Shown: positions 35,799 to 46,047, counted from the first letter of the stretch. The stretch: 64,000 bases of DNA from an uncultured Chloroflexia bacterium (GCA_963775855.1 CAVZKO010000007.1:481856-545855), one strand, 5' to 3'. Numbers and translations: made by a program. Notes: generated by a model not told the origin, from the sequence alone.

Positions 35799-36860
35799 GT
35801 GACGCGGCCATGGCTTGTTCTGCGCGAGGGTGATCGGCGGCGGTGGGGAGGCGATCTGCGGCGCCATTACCTGTTCGACGGCTTTGCCGCCCGGACGGGA
35901 GCCCGCGTCCTCGAGGATCGCCGGGTGGATCCGCTGAGCGCCACGCTGCGGGAGCTTCGTGGGCCACGCTGGCAGGTCTGGCGCGGCCGGCCGATGGTCG
36001 CCTCGACCGAATTCCTGTTTGAAAAGCAGTTCGCCGCGGTCGGGCGGCTGGGGGAGGCGGCCATCGTCGACGTCCATGACGACGCCTTCCTCCAGAATGA
36101 CGCGCTCGGCATCGAGATGTCGCCCGACCAGGCCGACGCGATCCGGGCCCGGATGAGGCTCAATCGGGAGGGGTTCCGCTGGCTCGTCGCCCCGTCGGCG
36201 GCCTTCGCCGACCTCGTCGGTCTCGACCCGGCGAGGGTCGTGGTCGCATCAAATGGGAGTGACACATCCACGGTTCGGCCGGCACCGTGGCCTGACGTTC
36301 CGGCCGTGGCGTTTATCTCGGGGGCGGCACCGCGGCGGGGCATCGAGGAGCTCGCCGAGGCGGTTCGGATCGCCCGCCGACGCGTCCCGGAGACAAGGCT
36401 CCACCTGTGGCTTGCCGCGACCGGCGACGACAGCAAGGCCTATCTCGACGCCCTGGCGGCGTCGGTTGCGAGCGAGCCGTGGATCGAGATCGGGCAGACC
36501 CCGTACGGCGAGCTCGGGGCGGCGCTGGGGCGCGCGACCGTCATCTGCATCCCGACGCCCGCCCACGCCTACTGGGACTCGGTGGCTCCCGTCAAGCTGT
36601 TCGACTGCCTCGCCGCCGGCCGGCCGATCGTGACGACGCCCCGCCCCGAGACCGCCGCGATCGTCCGCGACCGCGGCGCCGGCGTGGTGGCCGACGGCGA
36701 CGACGCAGACGCTCTCGCGGCGCGGCTAAGCGAGCTGCTCGAGGACCCGGAGCGGGCGCGGACGATGGGAGCCAATGCAAGAGCCGCGGCGGAGATGGAC
36801 TACGACTGGCGCGTGATCGGGGAGCGACTTGCCGACCAGCTCCTCGCTCGCATCGGCTAG
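35799..36860 (+). CDS. Glycosyltransferase (GT1/GT4-like C-domain), paralog B; start uncertain
   Basis: Collinear with the 31004-32062 product. Matching pairs: RRRWGGDLRRHYLF / GRGWGGEIRRARIF, ALGIEMSPDQADAIRARMRLNREGFRWLV / ALGIEMSAARAEELTHRRRVNEAAFRWHV, and APVKLFDCLAAGRPIVTTPRPETAAIV / LPVKLFDSMAAGRPLVVTPRRETAAIV. GTG 35799 gives a matching N-terminus; ATG 35637 is an in-frame alternative. Confidence 0.7.
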   Translation: MTRPWLVLREGDRRRWGGDLRRHYLFDGFAARTGARVLEDRRVDPLSATLRELRGPRWQVWRGRPMVASTEFLFEKQFAAVGRLGEAAIVDVHDDAFLQNDALGIEMSPDQADAIRARMRLNREGFRWLVAPSAAFADLVGLDPARVVVASNGSDTSTVRPAPWPDVPAVAFISGAAPRRGIEELAEAVRIARRRVPETRLHLWLAATGDDSKAYLDALAASVASEPWIEIGQTPYGELGAALGRATVICIPTPAHAYWDSVAPVKLFDCLAAGRPIVTTPRPETAAIVRDRGAGVVADGDDADALAARLSELLEDPERARTMGANARAAAEMDYDWRVIGERLADQLLARIG

Positions 36861-36888
36861 CCTTCGACCGACACCGAACGGAGAGACC

Positions 36889-38212
36889 GTGACCGATCCC
36901 GAAGCCCCATCCGACCGCGACCGCCGCGTGGCCATCATCGGCCTTGGCTACGTGGGGCTGCCGCTCGCGATCGCGTTCGTCGAGGCCGGCCTCGAGGTCG
37001 AGGGGATCGATGCCAACACGGGTCGGCGTCGAGGAGCTGTCCGCCGGCAGGTCGCCGATCGACGACGTCTCTGACGACCGCCTCAAGGCTGCCTTGGGCG
37101 GCCGACTCAGCGTGGTCGACCCAGGCGCCTCGCACCTGGCCGACGCGGACGTCATCGTCGTCTGCGTTCCGACCCCGATCACCCGCTCGAAGGATCCCGA
37201 TCTCGGCCCGGTGCTGTCGGCGGCCGCCCTCATCAGGGAACATCTGCGGGCCGGCCAGCTCGTGATTCTCCAGTCGACGACCTTCCCGGGGACGACGACC
37301 GGGCCGTTCCGCACCGAGCTGGAGCTGTCGGGTCTCCGGGCCGGCCAGGATTTCGACCTCGCCTTCGCCCCGGAGCGCGTCAACCCGGGCGATCCGGCGA
37401 GCGCGTCGAAGGACGTCCCGCGGCTCGTCGGCGCGACAACGCAGGCCGCGACTCGCCGGGCCGCAGCGCTCCTCGGCACGATCAACGACAACGTCCTCGA
37501 GCTGTCCTCGCCCGACGCCGCCGAGCTCGCGAAGCTCCTCGAGAACGTCTTCCGGAACGTCAACATCGCGTTCGTCAACCAGCTCGCGCTGCTGTGCGAG
37601 CGGATGGGGCTCGACGTCTGGGAGGTGATCGACGCCGCGGCCACCAAGCCGTTCGGGTTCATGCGCTTCACGCCGGGCCCCGGCGTCGGTGGGCATTGCA
37701 TCCCGGTCGATCCCTACTACCTGGCGTGGCGGGCGCGCGAGTTCGACTTCGTCGATCGCTTCGTCGAGCTCGCCGGTGACATCAACCTCGCGATGCCGCG
37801 CCACGTCGTCGACCTCGTCGCAGAGGCCCTCAACGACCGGGGTCGGGCCCTTCGCGGCGCACGCGTCGGCGTGCTCGGTGTCGCGTTCAAGCCGAACGTC
37901 CGCGACGCCCGCAACTCGCCGGCCGCGGAGATCATGGCGGGCCTCCACGACCGTGGCGCCGATGCCGCGTATCACGACCCCCATGTGCCGACGTTCCGTG
38001 ACGCCGACGGCACCACCCACGAGTCCGTCGCTCTGGACGACCTTCTCACGGCGAGCGATGCGGTCGTCGTCGTCACGCCGCACCGGGCGATCGATCTCGG
38101 GAAGGTCTACGACCGCGCACAGCTCGTCGTCGACACGGTCAACAGCTCGCACGGCCTCGATGTCCGGCCGCGCCAGGTGCTCCGGCTGGGCGCCGGCTGG
38201 AGCGGCGGCTGA
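36889..38212 (+). CDS. Nucleotide-sugar dehydrogenase (UDP-glucose/GDP-mannose dehydrogenase family); apparent frame change near 37015-37021
   Basis: GTG 36889 follows GGAGAG. The Rossmann start RRVAIIGLGYVGLPLAIAFVEAGLEVEGIDAN is in one frame. RVGVEELSAGRSPIDD...VVCVPTP...FAPERVNPGD...PGPGVGGHCIPVDPYYL...VLGVAFKPNVRDARNSPA is in the next frame, running to TGA 38210-38212. Confidence 0.8.
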
Positions 38213-38266
38213 GCACGACCACCGGGGCGCAACGCGGCCGGCCGGGCACGCTGCAGGCCCGTCGCG

Positions 38267-39469
38267 ATGCTCGTCCATTCCTACTACGACGAGGATCCGC
38301 GCGTCCGGCGCGAGGCGGAGTCGCTGGTGGCCGCCGGGCGGCCGGTCGATGTCTACGCACTGCGCCGCGCCGACGACCCGCCCTCGAACGAGGTCGCGGG
38401 CGTCTCCGTTCATCGGCTGAACGTCCAACGCCACCAGGGCGCCGGCCTCCGGACGTACATCGCCGAGTACCTCGCCTTCCTCGCCCGCGCCGGCTGGGCC
38501 GTCACCAGGGCCCACCGGCGTCGCCGCTACGCCCTCGTCCAGGTTCATACCCTGCCGGACTTCCTCGTTGCGGCGACGCTGCCGCTGCGCATAGCGGGCG
38601 TCCCGGTCCTGCTCGACCTCCACGAGGCGATGCCGGAGTTCTTCAGGAGCCGCTTCCCGCGGGCGGCGAACCCGGTGGCCTACCGGCTGCTCCGCCTCCA
38701 GGAGCGCGGCTCGATCGCGCTGGCGAGCGCCGCCGTCACCGTCAACGTGGCGATGCGCGAGCGGCTCGTCGAGCTCGGGGTGCGGCCGGAGAAGGTCACG
38801 GTCGTCGCCAACAGCCCCTCGCTCGCCCGCTTCGATCCGTCCCGCCACGAATTCCGCGAGTTCGCCGCCAACGGCACGGTTCGGCTCGTGTACGCCGGTG
38901 CCCTGACGCCGACGTACGAGCTCGACGTCGTCCTCGAGGCGCTCGCCCGGATCGCCAGGGACCGCCCGGACCTCGACATCCGGCTCGACGTCTTCGGCCG
39001 GGGCGACGCGGCCGAGCGGCTCGTCCACCGGGCGACCCACCTCGGCATTGACGAGCGCGTGACGTTCCACGGCCGGATCCCGATCGAGGATGTCCCCGCC
39101 GCGGTTGCCCGGGCGGACATCGGGGTCGCTCCGACTCGTCGCGACCCCTTCACCGACGTCAGCCTGTCGACGAAGGTCTTCGAGTACGGCGCGATGGGTA
39201 AGCCCGTCGTCGCATCGCGACTGCCGATGGTCGAGCGGACGTTTCCGCCGGGCTCAGTGGCGACATATGACCCGGGAGATCCCGCCTCGATGGCCGCGGC
39301 GATCCTGTCCTTCGTCGATGACGCGGATGCGCGCCGCGACGCGGTCGCACGGACCGCCGAGATCGTCCAGGCGTCGGCCTGGGAGACTGAGGCCGCGCGC
39401 TACGTCGCCCTCGTCGATCGGTTGGCGGGTGATTCCCCAACGAGCGCGCCGGACGTCGACGCTCCGTGA
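38267..39469 (+). CDS. GT4-family glycosyltransferase (intact)
   Basis: ATG 38267, 400 codons. Motifs: LVHSYYDEDPRVRREAESLVAAGRPVDV, VQVHTLPDFL, VTVNVAMRERL, VRLVYAGALTPTYELD and STKVFEYGAMGKPVVASRLPMV. Confidence 0.85.
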   Translation: MLVHSYYDEDPRVRREAESLVAAGRPVDVYALRRADDPPSNEVAGVSVHRLNVQRHQGAGLRTYIAEYLAFLARAGWAVTRAHRRRRYALVQVHTLPDFLVAATLPLRIAGVPVLLDLHEAMPEFFRSRFPRAANPVAYRLLRLQERGSIALASAAVTVNVAMRERLVELGVRPEKVTVVANSPSLARFDPSRHEFREFAANGTVRLVYAGALTPTYELDVVLEALARIARDRPDLDIRLDVFGRGDAAERLVHRATHLGIDERVTFHGRIPIEDVPAAVARADIGVAPTRRDPFTDVSLSTKVFEYGAMGKPVVASRLPMVERTFPPGSVATYDPGDPASMAAAILSFVDDADARRDAVARTAEIVQASAWETEAARYVALVDRLAGDSPTSAPDVDAP

Positions 39470-39497
39470 TCCACTCACGGCGACGGGCTCGATCCGG

Positions 39498-39532
39498 CCG
39501 GTACGGTACGATACCGGACCCGTTTCGATTTC
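39498..39532 (+). terminator. Candidate intrinsic terminator after the last glycosyltransferase gene
   Basis: Hairpin CCGGTA (39498-39503), an 8-nt loop, then TACCGG (39512-39517), followed by the T-rich GTTTCGATTTCC (39521-39532). It starts 29 nt after the stop at 39469, and local GC drops. Confidence 0.4.
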
Positions 39533-39570
39533 CCTGATCCCAGCTTCAATTTGCAGGACCGCATCACCCC

Positions 39571-41319
39571 ATGACCTTCCGAGCCAAACCCGTCGTCAAT
39601 CGGACCCACCGCCAGTCGCGCGACAGCCGGAGCCGGCGCAACACGTACCTCAATGTCGGCTTCGGCCTGGCTGTGTTCCTTGCCGTCGTCATCCTCGTCG
39701 GCGTCGCGGGCGTCAGTTATTACCGCGAGCACCTCGCGCCGGCGGCCACGGTCGGCGGACAGACGATCACGCGCGACGACTTCGCGGAGCGCGGCTCGAT
39801 CGAGGCCTGGCGCATCGATCAGGCCATCGCCCGGGTCAACTCGGAGGTTGCGGCCGGTCGATTGACCAGCGCTGAAGCCGGGCAGCAGGTCCAGTCGCTC
39901 CAGGCACAGCTCGGCACGGACCAGCTGGCCCCGCTAGTCCTCGAGAAGCTCATCGATGCCCGGATCCAGGCCCCTCTGGCAGCCGAGGCAGGGATCACGG
40001 TCACCCCGGAGCAGATCGACGCGAAGATCGTCGAGGAGTCGACCAACCCGGAGCAGCGCCACGCCTGGACCATCGCCGTCGCCCCCGTCGTCGACGAGGG
40101 TAAGGAGGAGCCGACTGACGCGCAGAAGGCCGCAGCGAAGACCATCGCCGATCAGGCCCTGAAGGACATCACGACCGGCGGCAAGACCTGGGAGGACGTC
40201 GCCAAGGCCGTCTCGACCGACGCCTCGAAGGCGACCGGCGGAGATCTCGGCTGGATCGACAAGGACTCGGCCGAGGATCAGGCGTTCCTCGACGCGGTCT
40301 TCGCGGCCGAACAGGGCACGCCGACGGCCGTCCTCGCGGGCGAGGACGGAACCTATCGGATCGGCCGGGTTACGGAGATCGCCCCGGCCACCACGGACCA
40401 GGCGTGGACGACGAAGCTGACCGACGCCGGGCTCGAGATCCAGGCCTATCGCGAGGTCGTCGAGAGCGAGGTCATTCGTCAGGCGCTCGAGGACAAGGCG
40501 ATCGCCGACGCCACCGCGTCCGACAAGCAGCGACAGGTCAGCGAGATCGCAATCCAGGCGCCCCAGTCACCGCCGGGCGACGACGCGATCAAGGTCCGCC
40601 ACATCCTCTATGCGCCGAAGGACGATCCGTCAGGCGCCGCGGACCTGCCACCGGACGACCCCGCGTGGACCGCGGCACAGGTGGCCGCAACGGCGGCCTA
40701 CGAGGAGCTGAAGAAGGACCCGACGAAGTTCGACGAGAAGGCCCGCAAGGACAGCGACGAAGCGGCGGCCGTCGGTGAGACGGGCAGCGGCGGCAAGCTC
40801 CCGTACTTCGACACGGCCAGCATCGAGACCGGGCTCGACCCCGATTTCGCGGCGGCGATCCTCAAGCCCGACCTCCAGCCGGGCCAGCTCCTCGAGCCCG
40901 TCAAGAGCGCCTTCGGCTGGCACGTCATCCAGGTGATGTACCGCCCGCCGGACATCGACGAGATGAAGCTGCTCCGCGACCAGGCCGTCGCCGGCAAGGA
41001 CTTCGCTGCTCTCGCCCGGGACTTCTCCGAGGGCAGCGAGGCGGGCAAGGGCGGCGACAAGGGCTGGGTGGCCCAGGGACTCATCGACGCCCGCTTCCTC
41101 AAGGCGATCTTCGACACCCCGGTCGGCCAGGTGACCGAGATCGTCGACATCAAGGATCGCGGCGTCTTCCTGTACAAGGTCGTCGCGGAGCGGACCCAGG
41201 CGCCCGACGCGGACCAGCTCGAGACGATCAAGTCAGGCGCGTTCCAGTTCTGGTACGGCGAGAAGAAGGATGCGGTGACCATCACCCGCGAGCTCCTCAC
41301 CGACCTCCAGTTGAGCTAG
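39571..41319 (+). CDS. Membrane-anchored peptidyl-prolyl isomerase with two parvulin (PpiC) domains (PrsA/SurA-like)
   Basis: ATG 39571. N-terminal anchor YLNVGFGLAVFLAVVILVGVAGV and a long chaperone-like helical region. The first parvulin domain is IKVRHILYAP...GKLPYFD...SAFGWHVIQV. The second is GKDFAALARDFSEG...GDKGWV...GVFLYKV. Confidence 0.85.
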   Translation: MTFRAKPVVNRTHRQSRDSRSRRNTYLNVGFGLAVFLAVVILVGVAGVSYYREHLAPAATVGGQTITRDDFAERGSIEAWRIDQAIARVNSEVAAGRLTSAEAGQQVQSLQAQLGTDQLAPLVLEKLIDARIQAPLAAEAGITVTPEQIDAKIVEESTNPEQRHAWTIAVAPVVDEGKEEPTDAQKAAAKTIADQALKDITTGGKTWEDVAKAVSTDASKATGGDLGWIDKDSAEDQAFLDAVFAAEQGTPTAVLAGEDGTYRIGRVTEIAPATTDQAWTTKLTDAGLEIQAYREVVESEVIRQALEDKAIADATASDKQRQVSEIAIQAPQSPPGDDAIKVRHILYAPKDDPSGAADLPPDDPAWTAAQVAATAAYEELKKDPTKFDEKARKDSDEAAAVGETGSGGKLPYFDTASIETGLDPDFAAAILKPDLQPGQLLEPVKSAFGWHVIQVMYRPPDIDEMKLLRDQAVAGKDFAALARDFSEGSEAGKGGDKGWVAQGLIDARFLKAIFDTPVGQVTEIVDIKDRGVFLYKVVAERTQAPDADQLETIKSGAFQFWYGEKKDAVTITRELLTDLQLS

Positions 41320-41329
41320 CGGCCGGACG

Positions 41330-42517
41330 GTGCTCGACGCGCTCGTCGCCGAAGCTCGGCTCCGCTGGGGGCTCGATCTGGCGACGGGCCTCCAGGTCGT
41401 TGCCGCCGAGCGGCTGGTCGCCACGCCGCTCGAGCCCTCGCGACCCGCGCTGATCGTGCCGCTCGCGATCCTGCGGGCCTCGATCGAGGGCGAGGGCCAA
41501 CCCCTGCCGGGCCGGCACGGCCCGTCAGGTGGCGATCCGATGACGCTCCTCCGGCGACTCTACCCGTCCGACCATCCGATCGGCCGGTTCGGCTCGGACG
41601 ACGAGGGGACCGTGGGCGAACTGACCGCCGATGACCTCCTGGGCCCGATCTACCTTGCCCCGGTGGCGCCCGAGCTGGCGGTGGCCAGCCCGTGGGCGAT
41701 GCCCTGGATCTCCGCTCGGCTGCGACTGCCCGACGGCTGCCCGTGGGATCGCGAGCAGACCCACGAGACACTCCGGAACCATCTCCTCGAGGAGGCCTAC
41801 GAGGTCTACGACGCGCTCGGCTCGGGTGCCACGCCGGCACTCGCGGAGGAGCTCGGCGACCTGCTGCTCCAGGTCGTCCTCCACGCCCAGCTCGCGGCCG
41901 AAGCGGGGGTCTTCGATCTGACCGACGTCAACGCCGCGATCGCCTCGAAGATCGTGCGGCGGCATCCTCACGTCTTCGGCGACGCGGAGGTCCGGACGTC
42001 GTCAGACGTGAACCGCCAGTGGGAGCGGATCAAGGCCGCGGAACGCGCCGGAGCCGAACCAGACGCATCCTCCGAGGCGGCATCGCCCGCTCAGCCGAAG
42101 GGCGCCCTTGACGGCGTCAGCCGGATCCTGCCTGCCCTCGCCGCGAGCCAGGAGATGCAGGAGCGGGCGGCGAACATCGGCTACGAGTGGCCGTCGGTCG
42201 AGGGCGTCCTCGACAAGGTCGCCGAGGAGCTGATCGAGCTGCGCGAGGCGCCCAGCCCCGCCGAGAAGACCGAGGAATACGGCGACCTCCTGTTCGTCCT
42301 TGTCAACGTCGCCCGCTGGCACGGGATCGAGGCCGAGGCCGCGCTGCGCGCCGCCAATGACAAGTTCCGGCGCCGCTTCGCGAGCGTCGAACGTCAGGCG
42401 TCCGAGCGCGGCGTCGCCCTCCGCGACCTCGACTTCGAGGCCCTCGATGCCCTCTGGGACACCGCCAAGAACGAAGAACGTGCCGCGGTCGCGGCGAGCA
42501 AGGAGACGCAGCCATGA
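41330..42517 (+). CDS. mazG: MazG-family nucleoside triphosphate pyrophosphohydrolase with an N-terminal extension of about 130 aa
   Basis: GTG 41330. Two MazG repeats are present: [28 protein letters not shown]...[13 protein letters not shown] and [22 protein letters not shown]...[15 protein letters not shown]. The N-terminal part resembles the tail end of the methylase-like domain of YabN-type fusions (from memory). Confidence 0.85.
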   Translation: MLDALVAEARLRWGLDLATGLQVVAAERLVATPLEPSRPALIVPLAILRASIEGEGQPLPGRHGPSGGDPMTLLRRLYPSDHPIGRFGSDDEGTVGELTADDLLGPIYLAPVAPELAVASPWAMPWISARLRLPDGCPWDREQTHETLRNHLLEEAYEVYDALGSGATPALAEELGDLLLQVVLHAQLAAEAGVFDLTDVNAAIASKIVRRHPHVFGDAEVRTSSDVNRQWERIKAAERAGAEPDASSEAASPAQPKGALDGVSRILPALAASQEMQERAANIGYEWPSVEGVLDKVAEELIELREAPSPAEKTEEYGDLLFVLVNVARWHGIEAEAALRAANDKFRRRFASVERQASERGVALRDLDFEALDALWDTAKNEERAAVAASKETQP

Positions 42518-43248
42518 CGATCGGCAACCGACCCACCCTCCGCGCCGACGGTCGCGTCCCGACTCAGCTCCGCCCGATCAGCTTCGAGCTGGGCGTCCAG
42601 AAATGGGCGGAGGGCTCCTGCATCATCCGGGTCGGTGACACCCAGGTCCTATGCGCGGCCTCGATCGTCGATCGCGTCCCGCCTCACCTTCGCGGCAAGG
42701 GCACCGGCTGGGTCACCGCTGAGTACTCGATGCTGCCGCGGGCGACGGCAGAGCGAACCGACCGTGAGTCGGTCAAGGGCAAGCTCGGTGGCCGGACCCA
42801 CGAGATCCAGCGGCTGATCGGCCGATCGCTGCGCGATGCCATCGACCTCACCCGCCTCGGCGAGAGGACGATTACCGTCGACTGCGACGTCCTCCAGGCC
42901 GACGGTGGGACGCGGACTGCGTCGATCACAGGCGGCTACGTGGCGCTCGCTGCCGCCCTCATCACGTACGGCATGGACCGCCACCTCGTGGCCCGAATCG
43001 CCGCCGTCAGCGTCGGACTCGTCGATGGCGAAGCGCTGCTCGACCTCGACTACAGCGAAGATTCCCGGGCGGACGTCGACTTCAATGTCGTAGGTACGGA
43101 CGCGGGCACGTTCGTCGAGGTCCAGGGCACGGCCGAGGGCAAGCCGTTTGATCGGACGGCGATGGACGGGCTCATGGACCTGGCGTCGTCCGGGCTCGAG
43201 CGCCTGTTTGCCGCCCAGGCCGAGGTGCTGGCGACCGTCAAGCGGTGA
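42514..43248 (+). CDS. rph: Ribonuclease PH
   Basis: ATG 42514 overlaps the mazG stop (ATGA). Motifs: RADGR...[48 protein letters not shown] and [14 protein letters not shown]. Confidence 0.95.
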   Translation: MTIGNRPTLRADGRVPTQLRPISFELGVQKWAEGSCIIRVGDTQVLCAASIVDRVPPHLRGKGTGWVTAEYSMLPRATAERTDRESVKGKLGGRTHEIQRLIGRSLRDAIDLTRLGERTITVDCDVLQADGGTRTASITGGYVALAAALITYGMDRHLVARIAAVSVGLVDGEALLDLDYSEDSRADVDFNVVGTDAGTFVEVQGTAEGKPFDRTAMDGLMDLASSGLERLFAAQAEVLATVKR

Positions 43249-43886
43249 GCGTTGCCCCGCCGCGTCTGCTGATCGCGACCCACTCGGCGCATAAGCTCGC
43301 CGAGCTGCGCGAGCTCCTCCGGCTCGATCACGGCGAGCTCGTCAGCCTCAACGACCTCGGGATTGCCGGCGATCCGGCTGAGACCGGCCGGACCTTCTCC
43401 ACGAACGCCCGGATCAAGGCGCGCTTCGGGGCCCGGGCGTCCGGTTTGCCGACGCTGGCCGACGACTCAGGTCTCGAGGTCGACGCCCTCGACGGTGGGC
43501 CGGGCGTCCGGACCCGGCGCTACGCCGGCGAGGAAGCGACGGACGGCGAGAACAACGCGAAGCTCCTCGCCGCCCTCGAAGGGCTGCCGCCGGAGCGTCG
43601 CGGGGCTCGCTACGTCTGCGTCCTGGCGCTCGCTCTGCCGGAGGCGACCGGGCCGCGCGGCGGGCTGACCATTCGCGAGGTCCGCGGGACGTGCCGCGGC
43701 CGGATCGCTGCGGCGTCACGCGGCACGGGCGGGTTCGGCTACGACCCGATCTTCGAGCCGCAGTCCGAGCCTCCCGGTGGCCGGACGCTCGGGCTCTGGA
43801 CGCTTGAGGAGAAGAACCGGATCTCGCATCGCGCGGCGGCCGCCCGGCGCATGACGCCAATCCTCCGCGAGTTCGGGTTTCGATGA
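43245..43886 (+). CDS. rdgB: Non-canonical purine NTP pyrophosphatase (RdgB/HAM1 family)
   Basis: GTG 43245 overlaps the rph stop. Motifs: [55 protein letters not shown] and NRISHRAAA. rph-rdgB is a classic gene pair. Confidence 0.9.
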   Translation: MSVAPPRLLIATHSAHKLAELRELLRLDHGELVSLNDLGIAGDPAETGRTFSTNARIKARFGARASGLPTLADDSGLEVDALDGGPGVRTRRYAGEEATDGENNAKLLAALEGLPPERRGARYVCVLALALPEATGPRGGLTIREVRGTCRGRIAAASRGTGGFGYDPIFEPQSEPPGGRTLGLWTLEEKNRISHRAAAARRMTPILREFGFR

Positions 43887-44465
43887 GCACCGAGCCGGAC
43901 CTGCGCCGGATCTGCGTGTTCTGCGGCGCGAGCGCCGGTCGAGACCCGCGCTACGCGCAGGCTCGCGGCACTCGTTGGCGGGTCGCTCGCCGAACGCGGC
44001 ATTGAGCTCGTCTACGGCGGCGGCGCGGTCGGGCTTATGGGCGCGGTCGCTGACGGCGCCCTCGCGGCGGGCGGTCGCGTGACCGGGGTCATCCCGAGGG
44101 GTCTCGTCGAGCGCGAGCTGGCCCACAGGGGTGTCACGGACCTCCGGATCGTGACGACGCTCCACGAGCGAAAGGCCGTCATGGCCGAGCTGTCGGATGC
44201 CTTCCTCGCCCTGCCCGGCGGCCTCGGCACGCTCGAGGAGCTGGCGGAGGTCTTGTCCTGGGCGCAGCTGGAGCTCCACGCCAAGCCGGTCGGCGCCCTG
44301 GACGTCGGCGGCTTCTTCCGCCCCCTCGTCGCCTACCTCGACCATGCGGAGCGGGAAGGTTTCGTCGCGCCCGGCCACCGGGACCTGCTTCTCGTGGACG
44401 ACGACCTCGATCGGCTGCTCGAACGCTTCGCGACGTGGCGCCCGTCGCGCGGCGGACGAGACTGA
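43883..44465 (+). CDS. LOG-family (TIGR00730-type) nucleotide phosphoribohydrolase; apparent frame change near 43960-43968
   Basis: ATG 43883 overlaps the rdgB stop. [27 protein letters not shown] is in one frame and ALVGGSLAERGIELVYGGGAVGLMGAVADG...ALPGGLGTLEEL (the PGGxGTxxE motif) is in the next. As written, the first frame stops at 43989. Confidence 0.8.
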
Positions 44466-44484
44466 GCCCGCGACCGCCTCGGAG

Positions 44485-45915
44485 CTAGGGTGTCGGCGCC
44501 TTGGACGGCTTCGGGGTGGGCCATGGGCCGGGCGGCGTTCCAGGCTCGGTGAACACGATCGCCACCATCTCCGCGATCCGCTTCGGAACGGGAATGACGA
44601 CCGAGCCGTACTTGTGATTCTTGCCGCCGGACTTGACCATCGGCGACGTCATCACGACCTGGGTCGTCCGCTCGCCGCCGATCTCCTCGGCCAGGGCCGC
44701 GAATTCTGGCAGGCGTTCCGCCGGCAGGTCCGTCCGGACCGTGTCCCCGACCGCGCCCAGGAGTGCCGGCAGGCTGAAGAGAAAGTTGCCGCCCTCGACC
44801 GCTTGGTCGCGGAGGGCGATGAGGACCTCCTGCTGCCGCCCAGCGCGGGTGAAGTCGTTTTCACCAGTCGACTTGCGGATCCGCGCGTAGGCCAGCGCGT
44901 TGGCACCGTCGAGGTGGTGCGGACCGACGCCGATCGACCACCCCGGTCCCACGCCGAAGCCGCCGTAGTTCTCGTCCGACAGCGGTCGGGCGACCTCGAT
45001 ATCGACCCCGCCGACGGCATCCACCATCGTCACGAAGCCCGCGAGGTCGACCTTCGCGTAGTAGTGGATCGGCACCCCGAGCAAGGCCCCGATCGCGTCC
45101 TGAAGCGCCCTCGTCCCGCCCTGGGGGAAGTCTTCTTCGTGTCGGTTCGCCCAGCCAAGGAGCGAGTTGACCTTCGGCCCGAAGGTGTCACCGTTCCCGA
45201 GCGGAACGTCGACGAGGTCACGGGGGATCGAGACCATCGAGACCGTCCGGCCGACGGGATCGAGCGAGATGACCATCAGCGAATCGGTCAGGGCCTGGGT
45301 CCGCGACGGCCCCGAATCGATCCCCATCAGCAGGACGTTGACCCGCTCGCCGGGCCCCGGCTTAGGTCCAGTGGTCGATCCCGGATCGTCATCCGGGCCA
45401 CCGGTCGCGTCGCCTCCAGCCCCGGCGAACACGCGCTCGAACGTCGAGAAGGCGCTCGCGCCGTAGACATGTGCCGCCGCATGGGGCAGCGCCACGAGGA
45501 TGACCACCACGACGAGGCCGATGCCGCCCAGGCGACCTGGCCTGCCCGGATACCGCCGATCGACGAATGCCTCAAGGACCGCGATGAGGCGCCAGGCCAG
45601 GACCAGCGCGTTGATGATCAACAGCACCTGCAGGGTCCCGGGCACGATCGCCTGGGCGACCAGCATCGACGACGTGTTCAGCTGGAATAGCAGCCAGACG
45701 ACGCCGAGAAGGACGAGCGACGGGATCGCGAAGATCGCGGCCGACCGACCGCGGCGATTGAACGCCTGCCCCAGACCCGGCAGGACGGCCGACAGGACGG
45801 CGGCGAATAGGCGGCGCTGGTCGGTCGCTCGGCTGTCGGGCCGGACGCGGCGGGCGTGCACGATGGGGGTGGAGTCTCCTGGTGGGGAGCGGCGGCGCGT
45901 CGACGGGTAGGCCAC
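44485..45915 (-). CDS. LytR-CpsA-Psr (LCP) family cell-wall glycopolymer ligase
   Basis: GTG at 45915. N-terminal TM helices, then VNVLLMGIDSG.SRTQALTDSLMVISLDP...VSMVSIPRDL...INSLLG-like segment...YYAKVDLAGFVTMVDAVGGVDI and ALAYARIRK....DFTRAGRQQEVL, the LCP core pattern. Confidence 0.85.
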   Translation of the reverse strand: MAYPSTRRRSPPGDSTPIVHARRVRPDSRATDQRRLFAAVLSAVLPGLGQAFNRRGRSAAIFAIPSLVLLGVVWLLFQLNTSSMLVAQAIVPGTLQVLLIINALVLAWRLIAVLEAFVDRRYPGRPGRLGGIGLVVVVILVALPHAAAHVYGASAFSTFERVFAGAGGDATGGPDDDPGSTTGPKPGPGERVNVLLMGIDSGPSRTQALTDSLMVISLDPVGRTVSMVSIPRDLVDVPLGNGDTFGPKVNSLLGWANRHEEDFPQGGTRALQDAIGALLGVPIHYYAKVDLAGFVTMVDAVGGVDIEVARPLSDENYGGFGVGPGWSIGVGPHHLDGANALAYARIRKSTGENDFTRAGRQQEVLIALRDQAVEGGNFLFSLPALLGAVGDTVRTDLPAERLPEFAALAEEIGGERTTQVVMTSPMVKSGGKNHKYGSVVIPVPKRIAEMVAIVFTEPGTPPGPWPTPKPSKAPTP

Positions 45916-46047
45916 CGTCGGGAGTCTAGCGCCGGAGTCGGAAAGGTCGGGTGTGGCGACGCCGGACAGTCGATCAGCCTGCCAGTGACCGTCCGGCGTC
46001 GTTCGTGTGACGCGTGAGAAACGTCGACTGTTCCGCGGCGGATGGTT

